NCBI GenBank assembly: GCA_964411275.1
Contig: CAYPKG010000001.1
Coordinates: 18,859-82,858 of the forward strand
From: an uncultured Oscillospiraceae bacterium
GTDB lineage: Bacteria; Bacillota; Clostridia; Christensenellales; CAG-138
Reading direction: 5' to 3'
DNA: 64,000 nucleotides
Shown: positions 44,977-54,709 of the stretch, in pieces
How positions within the stretch are numbered: the first letter of the stretch is position 1
How the letters are laid out: every line of letters starts with the position of its first letter
Translations under genes and position numbers: made by a program
Notes under the pieces: model-generated
Told to the model about the DNA's origin: nothing
The model's database searches: none
The model's input: only the letters and a program-made list of their open reading frames with translations

Positions 44977-45660
44977 ATGCGTATTCTCATTGCGGATGAC
45001 GATCCGGTTGTACACGAGTCTCTGGGGATTTATCTGAAGGCGGAAGGCTTTGAGCCCTTGGATGTTTATGACGGGGAGGCCGCGGTGGAGAAAGCCGCGG
45101 AACAGGATGTCGGCCTTTGCGTGCTGGACATCATGATGCCGAAAAAAACCGGTATTGAGGTCTGTAAGGAGCTTAGAAAAACCACCCAGCTGCCCATCAT
45201 CATGCTGACGGCAAAGGGCGAGGAGGTTGACCGGATTATCGGGCTGGAGCTGGGCGCGGATGATTACATCGTCAAGCCCTTCAGTCCCCGGGAGGTTGTG
45301 GCCCGCATCAAGGCTGTGCTTCGGCGCACCCAAGAGCAGCAGGAAGGGAGCAGCGACGGGGTGCTGAACTTCAACGGACTGACAATTGACCTAAAAAGCT
45401 ACACCGTGACCCTGAAGGGGCAGCCCGTGGTGTGCACGCCTAAGGAAATCGAGATACTGCACATGCTTGCCAGCAATCCAGGGCAGGTGTTTACCAGAGA
45501 GCAACTTTTAAACCGGGTCTGGAGTTATGATTTCGCGGGGGAAACCCGCACGGTGGACACCCACATCAAGCGCATTCGCGCCAAGCTCGAGAACAACGGA
45601 CTTGGCTGGAGTATCAAAACCATTTACGGCGTTGGATATAAATTTGAGGTGGATGCATAA
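44977..45660 (+). CDS. OmpR-family response regulator
   Basis: MRILIADDDP...LDIMMPKKTG...LTAKG...DDYIVKPFSPREV plus a winged helix (TRTVDTHIKRIRAKL...IYGVGYKF). Confidence 0.9.
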   Translation: MRILIADDDPVVHESLGIYLKAEGFEPLDVYDGEAAVEKAAEQDVGLCVLDIMMPKKTGIEVCKELRKTTQLPIIMLTAKGEEVDRIIGLELGADDYIVKPFSPREVVARIKAVLRRTQEQQEGSSDGVLNFNGLTIDLKSYTVTLKGQPVVCTPKEIEILHMLASNPGQVFTREQLLNRVWSYDFAGETRTVDTHIKRIRAKLENNGLGWSIKTIYGVGYKFEVDA

Positions 45661-45663
45661 GAT

Positions 45664-47805
45664 ATGCGCAGCGTATTTCTCTGGCGGTTGCTGATTGTTT
45701 TGATGATAACGGTGTTTTTCGCCTCCCTGTTCATGATGGGAGGCTATCTGTTTTTGAGCCGCGACGCTTATCGGGCCATCAAGCTTTCAGAATTGATGCC
45801 GGACGTGGAGACGGTTGTGCAAATGCTCAGCGAGCGGCGCTCAGGCGACCTTTCCGCATATGGGTTTGACCGGATGATGGCGCGGATGGTGGACTCGTCG
45901 AATTCCATGTGCGTTTTGCTGGACGAAAATGGCAAGGTGGTCAACTACTATTGCGACAAAACCATTCCGGTTGTAAATGCGGAACAAATCGAAAGGCTGT
46001 TTCAGCGGGAAATATCGGATGTATTGGCGGGATATAAAGTTCATCGTGAAAACCTGATGCTGCCCGACGGAAGCAACGCCATGGGCGTGGGCCAGCGGGT
46101 GGAGTATGGCGAAGAGGTAGCGGGAGCTGTTTTGTTTTTGAAGTCCGCTCAGGAGGTGAACGCTACCACCGGACAGCTGAACCTGGCGCTGATGATGGCG
46201 GCTGCGGTGGTGTTTCCGGTGTCATTGATCCTGTCTACTGTGGGCCTGCGCAAGGTTACAAACCCGCTGCACCGTATGGGCGAGGCGGCCATCGAAATGA
46301 GCAAGGGCGACTTTGAAATACGGGCAGACGAGACGGAGGCGGGGGAGGTGGGGCTGCTTGCCCGGGCGCTGAACACATTATGCGATAATCTGTCAAAGAC
46401 CATATACCAGCTTCGTGCGGAGAAAAGCCAGCTCAACCAGATTCTTCTGAGCTTTACAGAAGGCATCGCCGCCACGGACAGCCTTGGCTTTCTGACCCAC
46501 TATAATCCGGCATTGATGCGCCTGTTTGGCGCGGTGCGGGTCAACTCCCGGACGGACCTCGTTCCGGATGAAAGCATATGGGCTGCCTTTGACGCGGTGT
46601 ATGAAAGCGGCGAGGGGCAAAGCATGCAATATCCCCTGCCAGGCGACCGGATGCTGTGGATTACAATCTCCCCGGTGACCACTGAGGACGGAATACGCAC
46701 AGGGGTTGTGGGCTTGTTTAAGGACATGACGGAGATGGAGCGGCTGGAGCGCACCAGAAGGGAATATGTGGCGAACGTCAGCCACGAGATGCGCACGCCG
46801 CTGACAGCGGTGCGCGGTTTGTTGGAGCCGCTGGTGGACGGCATGGTGAAAACCGAGGAGGATCGGGAGCGGTATTATAAAATCATGCTGCGCGAGGTTT
46901 TAAGGCTGTCCCGGCTGATTACCGACATGCTGGAATTAAGCCGGCTGCTGTCCGGCACCGGCTATATGGAAATGACGGAAGTGGATGTCAACGGGCTGCT
47001 GAGCGATATCGTGCAAAGCTATGGCAAACAGGCGTCAGAGCATGGGGTGGAGCTTAGGTTGGACGCGCCGCCATTGCCCAGCGTATTAACCGACCCGGAC
47101 CGGGTGGAGCAGGTGCTGGTGATCCTGTTGGACAACGCGATGCGCTACACCCCAGAGGGGGGCACCATCACCATCCGGGCGCAGAATGGCCCCAGGGTCA
47201 ACATAGCGGTGGAGGATACCGGCTACGGCATCCCGCCTGAGGACATTCCCCATTTGTTCGAGCGGTTTTATAAGGTGGATAAATCAAGAAAAGAGGGGGG
47301 CACCGGCCTTGGACTTTCCATCGCCCAGTTCGTCATCGAAAAGCTGGGAGAGAAAATAATGGTGGAAAGCGAAATCGGCAAAGGTACCAGCTTCCGCTTT
47401 ACGTTGAAGAAATATGTGGTCAACGCCATCCAGCTTGGGCCTGCCCTGGATGATTGGTCCGGTACGGGGGTTATCGAGATCAGCCCTGAGGAGGTATGGG
47501 CGGCGGAGTCCAAAACAGAGGTACGGCCTGAGGACGCGCCCTATGAGGTATTGCCGGAAGAGGAAAAGGCCGCTAAGGAGAAGGCTGCGAAGGAAAAGGC
47601 TGCGAAGGAAAAGGCTGCCAAGGAGAAGGCTGCGAAGGAAAAGGCCGCCAAGGAGAAGGCGGCGAAGGAGAAAGCCGCCAAGGAAAAGGCTGAAAAAGCC
47701 GCGAAGGAAAAGGCGGAGCGTGAGAAAAAAGAAGCCATGCGGCCCATGAAGCCGCTGATGATCCAGACGAAAACGGCGGAGACGCCGAAAAAACGCCCGC
47801 GCTAG
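45664..47805 (+). CDS. Sensor histidine kinase (TM-HAMP-PAS-HisKA-HATPase) with a roughly 130-aa C-terminal extension containing (KEKAA)n repeats
   Basis: H-box VANVSHEMRTPLTAV; N/G boxes LDNAMRYTP, DTGYGIP, GGTGLGLSIA. After the ATPase domain (FRFTLKKY) there is an acidic segment, then EEKAAKEKAAKEKAAKEKAA... and a basic end. Confidence 0.9.
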   Translation: MRSVFLWRLLIVLMITVFFASLFMMGGYLFLSRDAYRAIKLSELMPDVETVVQMLSERRSGDLSAYGFDRMMARMVDSSNSMCVLLDENGKVVNYYCDKTIPVVNAEQIERLFQREISDVLAGYKVHRENLMLPDGSNAMGVGQRVEYGEEVAGAVLFLKSAQEVNATTGQLNLALMMAAAVVFPVSLILSTVGLRKVTNPLHRMGEAAIEMSKGDFEIRADETEAGEVGLLARALNTLCDNLSKTIYQLRAEKSQLNQILLSFTEGIAATDSLGFLTHYNPALMRLFGAVRVNSRTDLVPDESIWAAFDAVYESGEGQSMQYPLPGDRMLWITISPVTTEDGIRTGVVGLFKDMTEMERLERTRREYVANVSHEMRTPLTAVRGLLEPLVDGMVKTEEDRERYYKIMLREVLRLSRLITDMLELSRLLSGTGYMEMTEVDVNGLLSDIVQSYGKQASEHGVELRLDAPPLPSVLTDPDRVEQVLVILLDNAMRYTPEGGTITIRAQNGPRVNIAVEDTGYGIPPEDIPHLFERFYKVDKSRKEGGTGLGLSIAQFVIEKLGEKIMVESEIGKGTSFRFTLKKYVVNAIQLGPALDDWSGTGVIEISPEEVWAAESKTEVRPEDAPYEVLPEEEKAAKEKAAKEKAAKEKAAKEKAAKEKAAKEKAAKEKAAKEKAEKAAKEKAEREKKEAMRPMKPLMIQTKTAETPKKRPR
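47560..47730 (+). repeat. In-frame 15-bp tandem repeat (about 9-10 units) encoding KEKAA
   Basis: AAGGARAAGGCNGCS units read directly. The copies differ mainly at synonymous positions. Confidence 0.9.
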
Positions 47806-47872
47806 TGCCCTATCAACGAAAACGATACAGGGCACTAAGGGGGATCATGGGGGAAAAGGGGAAAAGCGAAGC

Positions 47873-49405
47873 ATGCTTGCCAACATCAAAAGCTATGGCC
47901 TGACGGGGATCGACGGGTTTCAGGTGCAGGTGCAGGTGGACATTTCAAACGGCTTGCCCGCCTATGAAACAGTAGGACTTCCCGACGCCGCGGTGCGCGA
48001 AAGCAAGGAGCGGGTGCGGGCCGCCATCAAAAACAGCGGGTACGAATTTCCGATTAACCGCATCACCGTCAACCTGGCGCCTGCCGGGCAACGCAAGGAA
48101 GGGCCGATTTACGACCTGCCTATCGCGGTGGGCATCCTGGGGGCCGGCGGTACGCTGCCGCTGACACAAGCCAGGATGCCGGTGCTGTTGGGAGAATTGG
48201 CTCTGGACGGGGCGGTGCGGCCCATACCGGGGGTTTTGCCCATGGTGATCGACGCTCGGATGAAAGGGGAAACCGCAATCCTGCTGCCGGCGGGGAACGC
48301 GGCGGAGGCCTCGTATGTGGAGGGGATTACAATATTCCCCGTGCAGTCGCTGCGGGACGCAGTGGAGCATTTGTCCGGAAGGATAGCGATCGAGCCGGAA
48401 CCGCTTCGCATTTGGAATCCGGAGCTTGTCCAGTATCCCGCCGATTTTTCAGAAATTCGCGGCCAGCATTCCGCCAAGCGGGCCACAGAGATCGCGGTGG
48501 CGGGCAATCACAACCTGCTGCTGATCGGTACCCCCGGTTCCGGGAAAACAATGCTCGCCAGAAGCATCCCATCTATATTGCCGGACATGACATTCGAAGA
48601 AGCATTGGAAATCACAAAAATTCATTCCGTTGCAGGCACCACCAGAACCGCCCCTGGCCTGGTGGAGCAGCGGCCTTATCGCGCGCCCCATCATGGGGCT
48701 AGCTCCGCTGCGCTTGTGGGCGGCGGACAGCGGGCGATGCCTGGGGAAATCAGCCTTGCCCATTGCGGCGTGTTGTTTCTAGATGAATTTCCGGAATTCT
48801 CCAAGGACGTGCTGGAGTCCCTGCGCCAGCCGCTGGAGGATGGGGTGGTGTCCATCACAAGGGCCGCGGCAAGCGCCACATATCCCGCCCGCTTTATGCT
48901 GATCGCGGCCATGAACCCCTGTCCCTGCGGGAATTACGGCAGCAGGATAAACCCGTGCCGCTGCAAGTCCTATGAAATTCGCCGGTATCAAAACCGCATT
49001 AGCGGGCCGCTTCTCGACCGGTTGGATCTGCACGTGGAAATGACAGAAGTGGGGTATTCTGACATCGCGGGCAAGGGAAAGTCCGAAACAAGCCTTGCCA
49101 TCCGGGAGCGTGTCAACTGCGCCAGGGCCATTCAACAGGCCCGGTATGCGGCGGAGGGCATTACCTGCAACGCCCAGCTGACAAACCGGATGATTAAGAA
49201 ATATTGCAAAATGGACGCCCCCTCCCAACGGCTGCTGCAACAAGCCTTTAACAGCCTTCGCTTAAGCGCACGGGCGTATAACCGGATATTGAAGGTATCC
49301 CGCACCATTGCGGATTTGTCCGGCAGCGATGAGATTGGCGAGGAGCATGTGGCGGAAGCCATTCAATATCGCAGCCTGGAAGGGAAATACTGGAAAGAGG
49401 GATGA
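47873..49405 (+). CDS. comM: YifB/ComM-family Mg-chelatase-like AAA+ ATPase
   Basis: N-terminal Lon-like domain (GLTGIDGFQVQVQVDIS.GLP), Walker A GTPGSGKTMLA, Walker B VLFLDEFPEF, C-terminal ARAYNRILKVSRTIADL. Confidence 0.9.
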   Translation: MLANIKSYGLTGIDGFQVQVQVDISNGLPAYETVGLPDAAVRESKERVRAAIKNSGYEFPINRITVNLAPAGQRKEGPIYDLPIAVGILGAGGTLPLTQARMPVLLGELALDGAVRPIPGVLPMVIDARMKGETAILLPAGNAAEASYVEGITIFPVQSLRDAVEHLSGRIAIEPEPLRIWNPELVQYPADFSEIRGQHSAKRATEIAVAGNHNLLLIGTPGSGKTMLARSIPSILPDMTFEEALEITKIHSVAGTTRTAPGLVEQRPYRAPHHGASSAALVGGGQRAMPGEISLAHCGVLFLDEFPEFSKDVLESLRQPLEDGVVSITRAAASATYPARFMLIAAMNPCPCGNYGSRINPCRCKSYEIRRYQNRISGPLLDRLDLHVEMTEVGYSDIAGKGKSETSLAIRERVNCARAIQQARYAAEGITCNAQLTNRMIKKYCKMDAPSQRLLQQAFNSLRLSARAYNRILKVSRTIADLSGSDEIGEEHVAEAIQYRSLEGKYWKEG

Positions 49406-49408
49406 TCC

Positions 49409-50521
49409 ATGCGGGAGTTTACCAAAGAAGAATGCCTTTGGCTTTGGCTCAATAGCGTCACTGGTCATCATGTGAAGCTGTTTCACAGGATTTATGCCCA
49501 GTTTGACTCCATGGAGGAATTGTACCGGCTTGCGGGCAAGGGCGGCCTTCCTGCCCTTGAAGGGGTTGACGACAAGGTGATTGAAAAGCTCAAAGCCTCC
49601 GCCAACGAGCGGTATATCGCCCAATATGTAAGCTGGCTTAGAAAACGGGAAATTGATGTGGCAATCGCTACGGATGAAAGCCGGTATCCCGCATTATTAA
49701 ATGAAATTCAAAGCCCGCCTACAGTGCTGTTCATCAAGGGGCGGCTTGACCCTGAGCCGGAACTGCCCATCGCCATGGTGGGGATGCGCAATAATTCCAT
49801 CTATGGCGAGCGGATGGCCAGGCGGCTGGGGATGGAGCTTTGTCAATGCGGGGCCACCATCGTCTCCGGCATGGCGGATGGCATCGACCGGTTTTCCGCC
49901 CTGGGCGCTTTAAGTGTTGTGGACAGCGCCAATCCCACGGTGGCGGTACTTGGCTGCGGTGTGGACGTCATTTATCCGTCGGGAAATGACGCCCTGTATC
50001 ACAGCATTGTGGAACGGGGCGCGGTTGTGTCGGAGTTTTTGCCCAAGACGAGGCCGCACAAGGGGAATTTTCCCATACGAAACAGGATCATCAGCGGCTT
50101 GAGCCTGGGTACCGTTATCGTCGAGGGCGGGAGCCGCTCCGGCGCATCCATCACGGCGAATTACGCGCTGGAGCAAAACCGGGACGTGTTTGCCGTGCCG
50201 GGGGAAATCGATCGGGAAACCAGCGCATGCCCCAACCGGCTGATCCGCCAGAATTGGGCGAAGCCGGTATTTCATGTCAATGATATTTTAGAGGAATATG
50301 ACAGGCATATGGTGACGCCGGAGGAAGGGGCTGCCTTGGATCAAAGCCGATGGCCAGAGGTCAACCGCCGGATCTACGAGGCGCTAAAACGCGGGCCGAT
50401 GAGCGCGGACGAATTATGCGAAATGCTGTCGCTGCCTGCCGCACAGGTGAATTCAGCCTTGACATCTATGGAGTTTTCAGGAATAATGAAGCAATTACCG
50501 GGCAGAGTGTATTCAATTTAA
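49409..50521 (+). CDS. dprA: DNA processing protein DprA (Smf)
   Basis: SGMADGIDR...AVLGCGVDVIYPSGN...FPIRNRIISGLS...VVEGGSRSGASITANYALEQNRDVFAVPG. Confidence 0.92.
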   Translation: MREFTKEECLWLWLNSVTGHHVKLFHRIYAQFDSMEELYRLAGKGGLPALEGVDDKVIEKLKASANERYIAQYVSWLRKREIDVAIATDESRYPALLNEIQSPPTVLFIKGRLDPEPELPIAMVGMRNNSIYGERMARRLGMELCQCGATIVSGMADGIDRFSALGALSVVDSANPTVAVLGCGVDVIYPSGNDALYHSIVERGAVVSEFLPKTRPHKGNFPIRNRIISGLSLGTVIVEGGSRSGASITANYALEQNRDVFAVPGEIDRETSACPNRLIRQNWAKPVFHVNDILEEYDRHMVTPEEGAALDQSRWPEVNRRIYEALKRGPMSADELCEMLSLPAAQVNSALTSMEFSGIMKQLPGRVYSI

Positions 50522-50577
50522 CGTCCGGACGGCCGAACCCCGTATTCTGGGGCAGGCAAATACGCAAGGAGAGAAAT

Positions 50578-52674
50578 ATGGCGGATAATCTGGTCATTGT
50601 AGAATCGCCCGCCAAGGCGAAAACAATCGGAAAATTTTTAGGCAGCAAATACAAGGTCGTGGCGTCCAACGGGCATGTGCGGGATCTTCCCAAAAGCCAG
50701 ATGGGCATTGACTTTGAACATAATTTCCAGCCGAAATACATTACATTGCGGGGCAGGGGGGATGTGCTGGAGCGCATTCGCCGGGAGGCGAAAAGCGCAA
50801 AAAAAGTGTATCTCGCCACGGACCCTGACAGGGAAGGCGAGGCGATCTCCTGGCATCTGGCGCATGTGCTGAAGCTGGATGAAAACTCCAAATGCCGGAT
50901 CGTGTTCAACGAGATTACCGCCTCGGCGGTAAAGGGCTCCTTAAAAGGCGTGCGGCCCATCGACATGCGGCTGGTGGACGCCCAGCAGGCCCGCAGGCTT
51001 CTCGACCGGATCGTGGGATATTCCATCAGCCCCATCCTCTGGGCAAAGGTTCGAAAAGGATTGTCCGCCGGACGGGTGCAGTCCGTCGCAACCAGGATCG
51101 TGTGCGACCGGGAGCAGGAAATCCAGGCGTTTAATCCGGAAGAATATTGGGTGATCAACGCTCATCTGCATACAAAAGGCGCAAAAAAGACATTCGACGC
51201 CAAGTTCTATGGGTTCAACGGCAAAAAGAGCGACTTACATAATGAAGAAGAAGCCAAAGCGGTTTTGGCGAAGGTGGACGGCGCTAATTTTGTCGCGACA
51301 GACGTCAAAAGCGGGCAGAAAACAAAGCATGCCCCCGCGCCCTTTACCACAAGCTCCTTGCAGCAGGAAGCGTCCAGAAAGCTTGGGTTTACCACCAAGC
51401 GCACCATGCTGGTTGCCCAGCAATTGTATGAGGGCGTAGAGCTTAAGGGAAAAGGCTCCACAGGTCTTGTGACATACATCCGTACCGACTCCGTCCGTGT
51501 GGCCAACGAGGCGCAGCAGGCCGCATTGGAGCATATCAAGGCCCAGTACGGCGCGCAGTACGTGCCTGGAAAACCCAATGTTTACAAAGGCCGGGCCAGC
51601 GCCCAGGACGCCCATGAGGCCATCCGCCCCGCTCATATCGATTATGCCCCGGCGGACATCAGGGAGTCGCTGTCCAACGACCAGTACAAGCTATATAAAC
51701 TGATTTACGAGCGGTTTCTCGCCAGCCAAATGGTCCAGGCGAAGTATGAAACCTGCACCGTCACAATCGACGCCAACGGCTGCACGTTCCGCGCCAACGG
51801 CGTGCGCACGTTGTTTGACGGGTTTACGGTGATCTACACCGAGGGCCGGGACGACGCGCAGGAGAAGGAAACCACCCTGCCGCCCATCGCCGCTGGGGAT
51901 CCGCTGACGGTCAAGAAGATCGACAGCGACCAGCGCTTTACACAGCCGCCTCCCCGGTATACGGAGGCGTCATTGGTGCGCATGCTGGAGGAAAAAGGGA
52001 TTGGGCGGCCCAGCACGTATTCCCCCACAATCTCCACCATCATTGACCGGGGGTATATCTCCCGGGAAAAAAAGCTGCTGATCCCCACGGAATTGGGATT
52101 TGTGGTCACCCAGCTTATGAAAGAAAACTTCCCGGACATCGTGAATGTGGAGTTTACGGCGAACATGGAAAATCAGCTGGACAGCGTCGAGGATGGCGAA
52201 AACACCAGCGAGGCCGTACTGGAAAAATTCTATGGGCCGTTTAAGGATACCATCGAAGCGGCTTCGGCTAACATCGAAAAGGTGGACATTCCCGACGAGG
52301 TGTCCGATATCCCCTGTGAAAAATGCGGGGCCATGATGGTATACAAAATGGGCCGGTTCGGCCGGTTCCTTGCCTGCCCGAATTTTCCCAACTGCCGCAA
52401 CACAAAGCCCATTCTTGAAAAGATCAATGTTCCCTGTCCCCAGTGCGGGGCGGAGCTGATCAAGAGAAAGAGCAAGCGCGGGAAAACGTTCTTCGGCTGT
52501 GAAAAGTATCCGGCCTGCGATTTTGTGTCCTGGGACAAGCCTGTACAGGAGCGATGCGAAAAATGCGGGGCCATGATGGTGCAGAAAATGGGCCAGAACG
52601 GCAGCTTCGTTTCCTGTACCAACAAGGATTGCGGGAATGTATTGCGAAGAAAGGAAAAGGAAGATGCCGAATAA
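50578..52674 (+). CDS. topA: DNA topoisomerase I
   Basis: MADNLVIVESPAKAKTIGKFLG (Toprim); the active-site region YIRTDS; three C-terminal Cys4 zinc ribbons. RBS AAGGAGAG. The track start at 50350 (inside dprA) was rejected. Confidence 0.96.
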   Translation: MADNLVIVESPAKAKTIGKFLGSKYKVVASNGHVRDLPKSQMGIDFEHNFQPKYITLRGRGDVLERIRREAKSAKKVYLATDPDREGEAISWHLAHVLKLDENSKCRIVFNEITASAVKGSLKGVRPIDMRLVDAQQARRLLDRIVGYSISPILWAKVRKGLSAGRVQSVATRIVCDREQEIQAFNPEEYWVINAHLHTKGAKKTFDAKFYGFNGKKSDLHNEEEAKAVLAKVDGANFVATDVKSGQKTKHAPAPFTTSSLQQEASRKLGFTTKRTMLVAQQLYEGVELKGKGSTGLVTYIRTDSVRVANEAQQAALEHIKAQYGAQYVPGKPNVYKGRASAQDAHEAIRPAHIDYAPADIRESLSNDQYKLYKLIYERFLASQMVQAKYETCTVTIDANGCTFRANGVRTLFDGFTVIYTEGRDDAQEKETTLPPIAAGDPLTVKKIDSDQRFTQPPPRYTEASLVRMLEEKGIGRPSTYSPTISTIIDRGYISREKKLLIPTELGFVVTQLMKENFPDIVNVEFTANMENQLDSVEDGENTSEAVLEKFYGPFKDTIEAASANIEKVDIPDEVSDIPCEKCGAMMVYKMGRFGRFLACPNFPNCRNTKPILEKINVPCPQCGAELIKRKSKRGKTFFGCEKYPACDFVSWDKPVQERCEKCGAMMVQKMGQNGSFVSCTNKDCGNVLRRKEKEDAE

Positions 52675-54010
52675 TTCCCCATTGGCCGCCAGTGTCGTAG
52701 GCGCGGGTCTGGCGGGGTGTGAGGCGGCATGGCAATTGGCGAACCGGGGGGTATTCGTGACCCTCTATGAAATGAAGCCCCATGAAAAATCCCCCGCCCA
52801 TCAGGCGGACGGGTTTGCGGAGCTGGTGTGCTCCAATTCCCTGCGCTCGGATCGGCTGCAAAACGCGGTCGGCCTGTTGAAGGAAGAACTGCGGCGGCTT
52901 GACTCCCTTATTTTGCAGGCGGCGGACGCAAACCGGGTGCCCGCCGGCGGCGCGTTGGCGGTGGACAGGGATGGGTTTTCCGGGTTTGTCACGGAGAAAA
53001 TCAGAAATCATCAAAACATCCAGGTGGTGGAGCAGCGTGTGGATCATATTCCCGAAGGGCCGGCGGTTATCGCGACAGGCCCGCTGACACAGGGGCCAAT
53101 CAACGGCGCCATCGAGGCGCTTTTGGGCTCAGACGGCAAGCGGCTGCATTTTTACGACGCGGCAGCGCCGGTTATCACGAAGGAAAGCCTGGACATGAAT
53201 ATCGTGTTTTCAGCCTCCCGCTATGGGCGGGGCGGGGATGATTATCTCAACTGCCCCATGACCAAAGAGGAATATTTTCGCTTTTACGAGGCGCTCATCG
53301 GGGCAGAAACCGCGCCCCTTAACGACTTTGATCAGCGCCCGAAGGTGTTCGAGGGCTGTATGCCCATAGAAATCTTGGCAAAGCGCGGGGAAATGACGCT
53401 GTGCTTTGGCGCGCTAAAGCCAGTGGGGCTCTCTCAGGCGCAGGAGGATGGCAGTCACATTAGGCCCTTTGCGGTGGTGCAGCTTCGCCAGGATAACCGG
53501 GAGGGAACCCTTTATAATATCGTGGGCTTTCAAACCAATCTGAAATTCAAAGAACAGGCGCGGGTGTTCCGCATGATCCCCGGATTGGCGCAGGCGGAAT
53601 TCGTCCGTTATGGGGTGATGCACCGCAACACTTTTTTGCAGTCCCCAGGGATACTGGGCGCTGATTTCCGCTTTCTTGCCCGGGAAGACCTGTATTTTGC
53701 CGGCCAGATGACCGGCGTAGAAGGGTATGTGGAAAGCGCCGCCAGCGGGCTTACTGCCGGGGTGTCTCTCACAAGGCGGCTTCACGGCCTTTCGCCCATG
53801 GACTTTGGCCCGGAGACCGCCATCGGCTCTCTCGGGCATTATGTGGCCCACTACAACGGCGGGGATTTCCAACCCATGAACGCAACGTTTGGCCTTATTG
53901 AGGGGCTTCCCAAACGGATTAGAAACAAGCAGGAACGCTATGCCCAGATGGCGGAGCGGGCGCTCATGCGAATTGACATAATCGTGGAGGATTTGAAAAA
54001 TAACTGTTAA
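52664..54010 (+). CDS. trmFO: Methylenetetrahydrofolate-tRNA-(uracil54-C5)-methyltransferase TrmFO (Gid)
   Basis: VVGAGLAGCEAAWQLANRG...ELVCSNSLRS...FAGQMTGVEGYVESAASG. Confidence 0.92.
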   Translation: MPNNSPLAASVVGAGLAGCEAAWQLANRGVFVTLYEMKPHEKSPAHQADGFAELVCSNSLRSDRLQNAVGLLKEELRRLDSLILQAADANRVPAGGALAVDRDGFSGFVTEKIRNHQNIQVVEQRVDHIPEGPAVIATGPLTQGPINGAIEALLGSDGKRLHFYDAAAPVITKESLDMNIVFSASRYGRGGDDYLNCPMTKEEYFRFYEALIGAETAPLNDFDQRPKVFEGCMPIEILAKRGEMTLCFGALKPVGLSQAQEDGSHIRPFAVVQLRQDNREGTLYNIVGFQTNLKFKEQARVFRMIPGLAQAEFVRYGVMHRNTFLQSPGILGADFRFLAREDLYFAGQMTGVEGYVESAASGLTAGVSLTRRLHGLSPMDFGPETAIGSLGHYVAHYNGGDFQPMNATFGLIEGLPKRIRNKQERYAQMAERALMRIDIIVEDLKNNC

Positions 54011-54172
54011 CCCTAATGGCTTTTTTACCGCTTTCCCCCAGGGTATGGTATGATGAATGAGATGGAGTGCGCTGTCAAAAAACATTGGGGATGATCAAAA
54101 CGTGCATCCTCAAAAAGCGCAAGCTGCCTTAGCAGCGGCGGTTTTTTGACTTTTGAAGAAGGAGGACATAAC

Positions 54173-54706
54173 ATGGGTCTCAAGGGCACGACAATCATCG
54201 CCGTACGGCGAAACGGCAAAACTGCCGTCGCCGGTGACGGCCAGGTCACGATGGGCCAGTCTACGATCATGAAGCATACGGCCAGAAAAGTGCGCAGGCT
54301 ATATCACGGCAAGGTCGTGGTAGGGTTTGCGGGTTCTGTGGCGGATGCCTTTTCCCTGTGCGAGCGGTTTGAAAACAAGTTGGAGCAATATAGCGGCGGC
54401 CTGACCCGGGCGGCGGTGTCCCTGGCCCAAGACTGGCGAAGCGACAAGGCGCTAAGGCAATTGGAGGCCATGCTCATCGCCGCGAATAAGGACGAGCTTC
54501 TCGTCATATCCGGCTCCGGCGAGGTAATCGACCCGGACGATGGCGTGACGGCCATCGGTTCCGGCGGCATGTTCGCCCTTTCAGCGGCCAAGGCGCTTAT
54601 GCAGAACACCGATTTGTCCGCGAAGGAGATCGCCGAGAAGGCGCTGAAGATCGCTGGGGAAATCTGCGTGTTCACCAACGGCAATATCGTGGTGGAGGAG
54701 GTATAA
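54173..54706 (+). CDS. hslV: ATP-dependent protease subunit HslV
   Basis: [26 protein letters not shown] has the N-terminal Thr nucleophile after processing. RBS AAGGAGG. Confidence 0.93.
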   Translation: MGLKGTTIIAVRRNGKTAVAGDGQVTMGQSTIMKHTARKVRRLYHGKVVVGFAGSVADAFSLCERFENKLEQYSGGLTRAAVSLAQDWRSDKALRQLEAMLIAANKDELLVISGSGEVIDPDDGVTAIGSGGMFALSAAKALMQNTDLSAKEIAEKALKIAGEICVFTNGNIVVEEV

Positions 54707-54709
54707 GAA

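Noticed and set aside
47284-47835. 183-aa and 68-aa minus-strand ORFs with FSLAAFS / LLLRSL repeats
   Set aside because: They are antisense translations of the KEKAA repeat in the histidine-kinase tail.
52318-52593. Roughly 37-bp near-identical direct repeat, 240 bp apart (GAAAAATGCGGGGCCATGATGGT...AAAATGGGCC)
   Set aside because: It is explained by tandem duplication of Cys4 zinc-ribbon modules in the TopA C-terminus (CEKCGAMMVYKMG / CEKCGAMMVQKMG). It is not a mobile or regulatory repeat.
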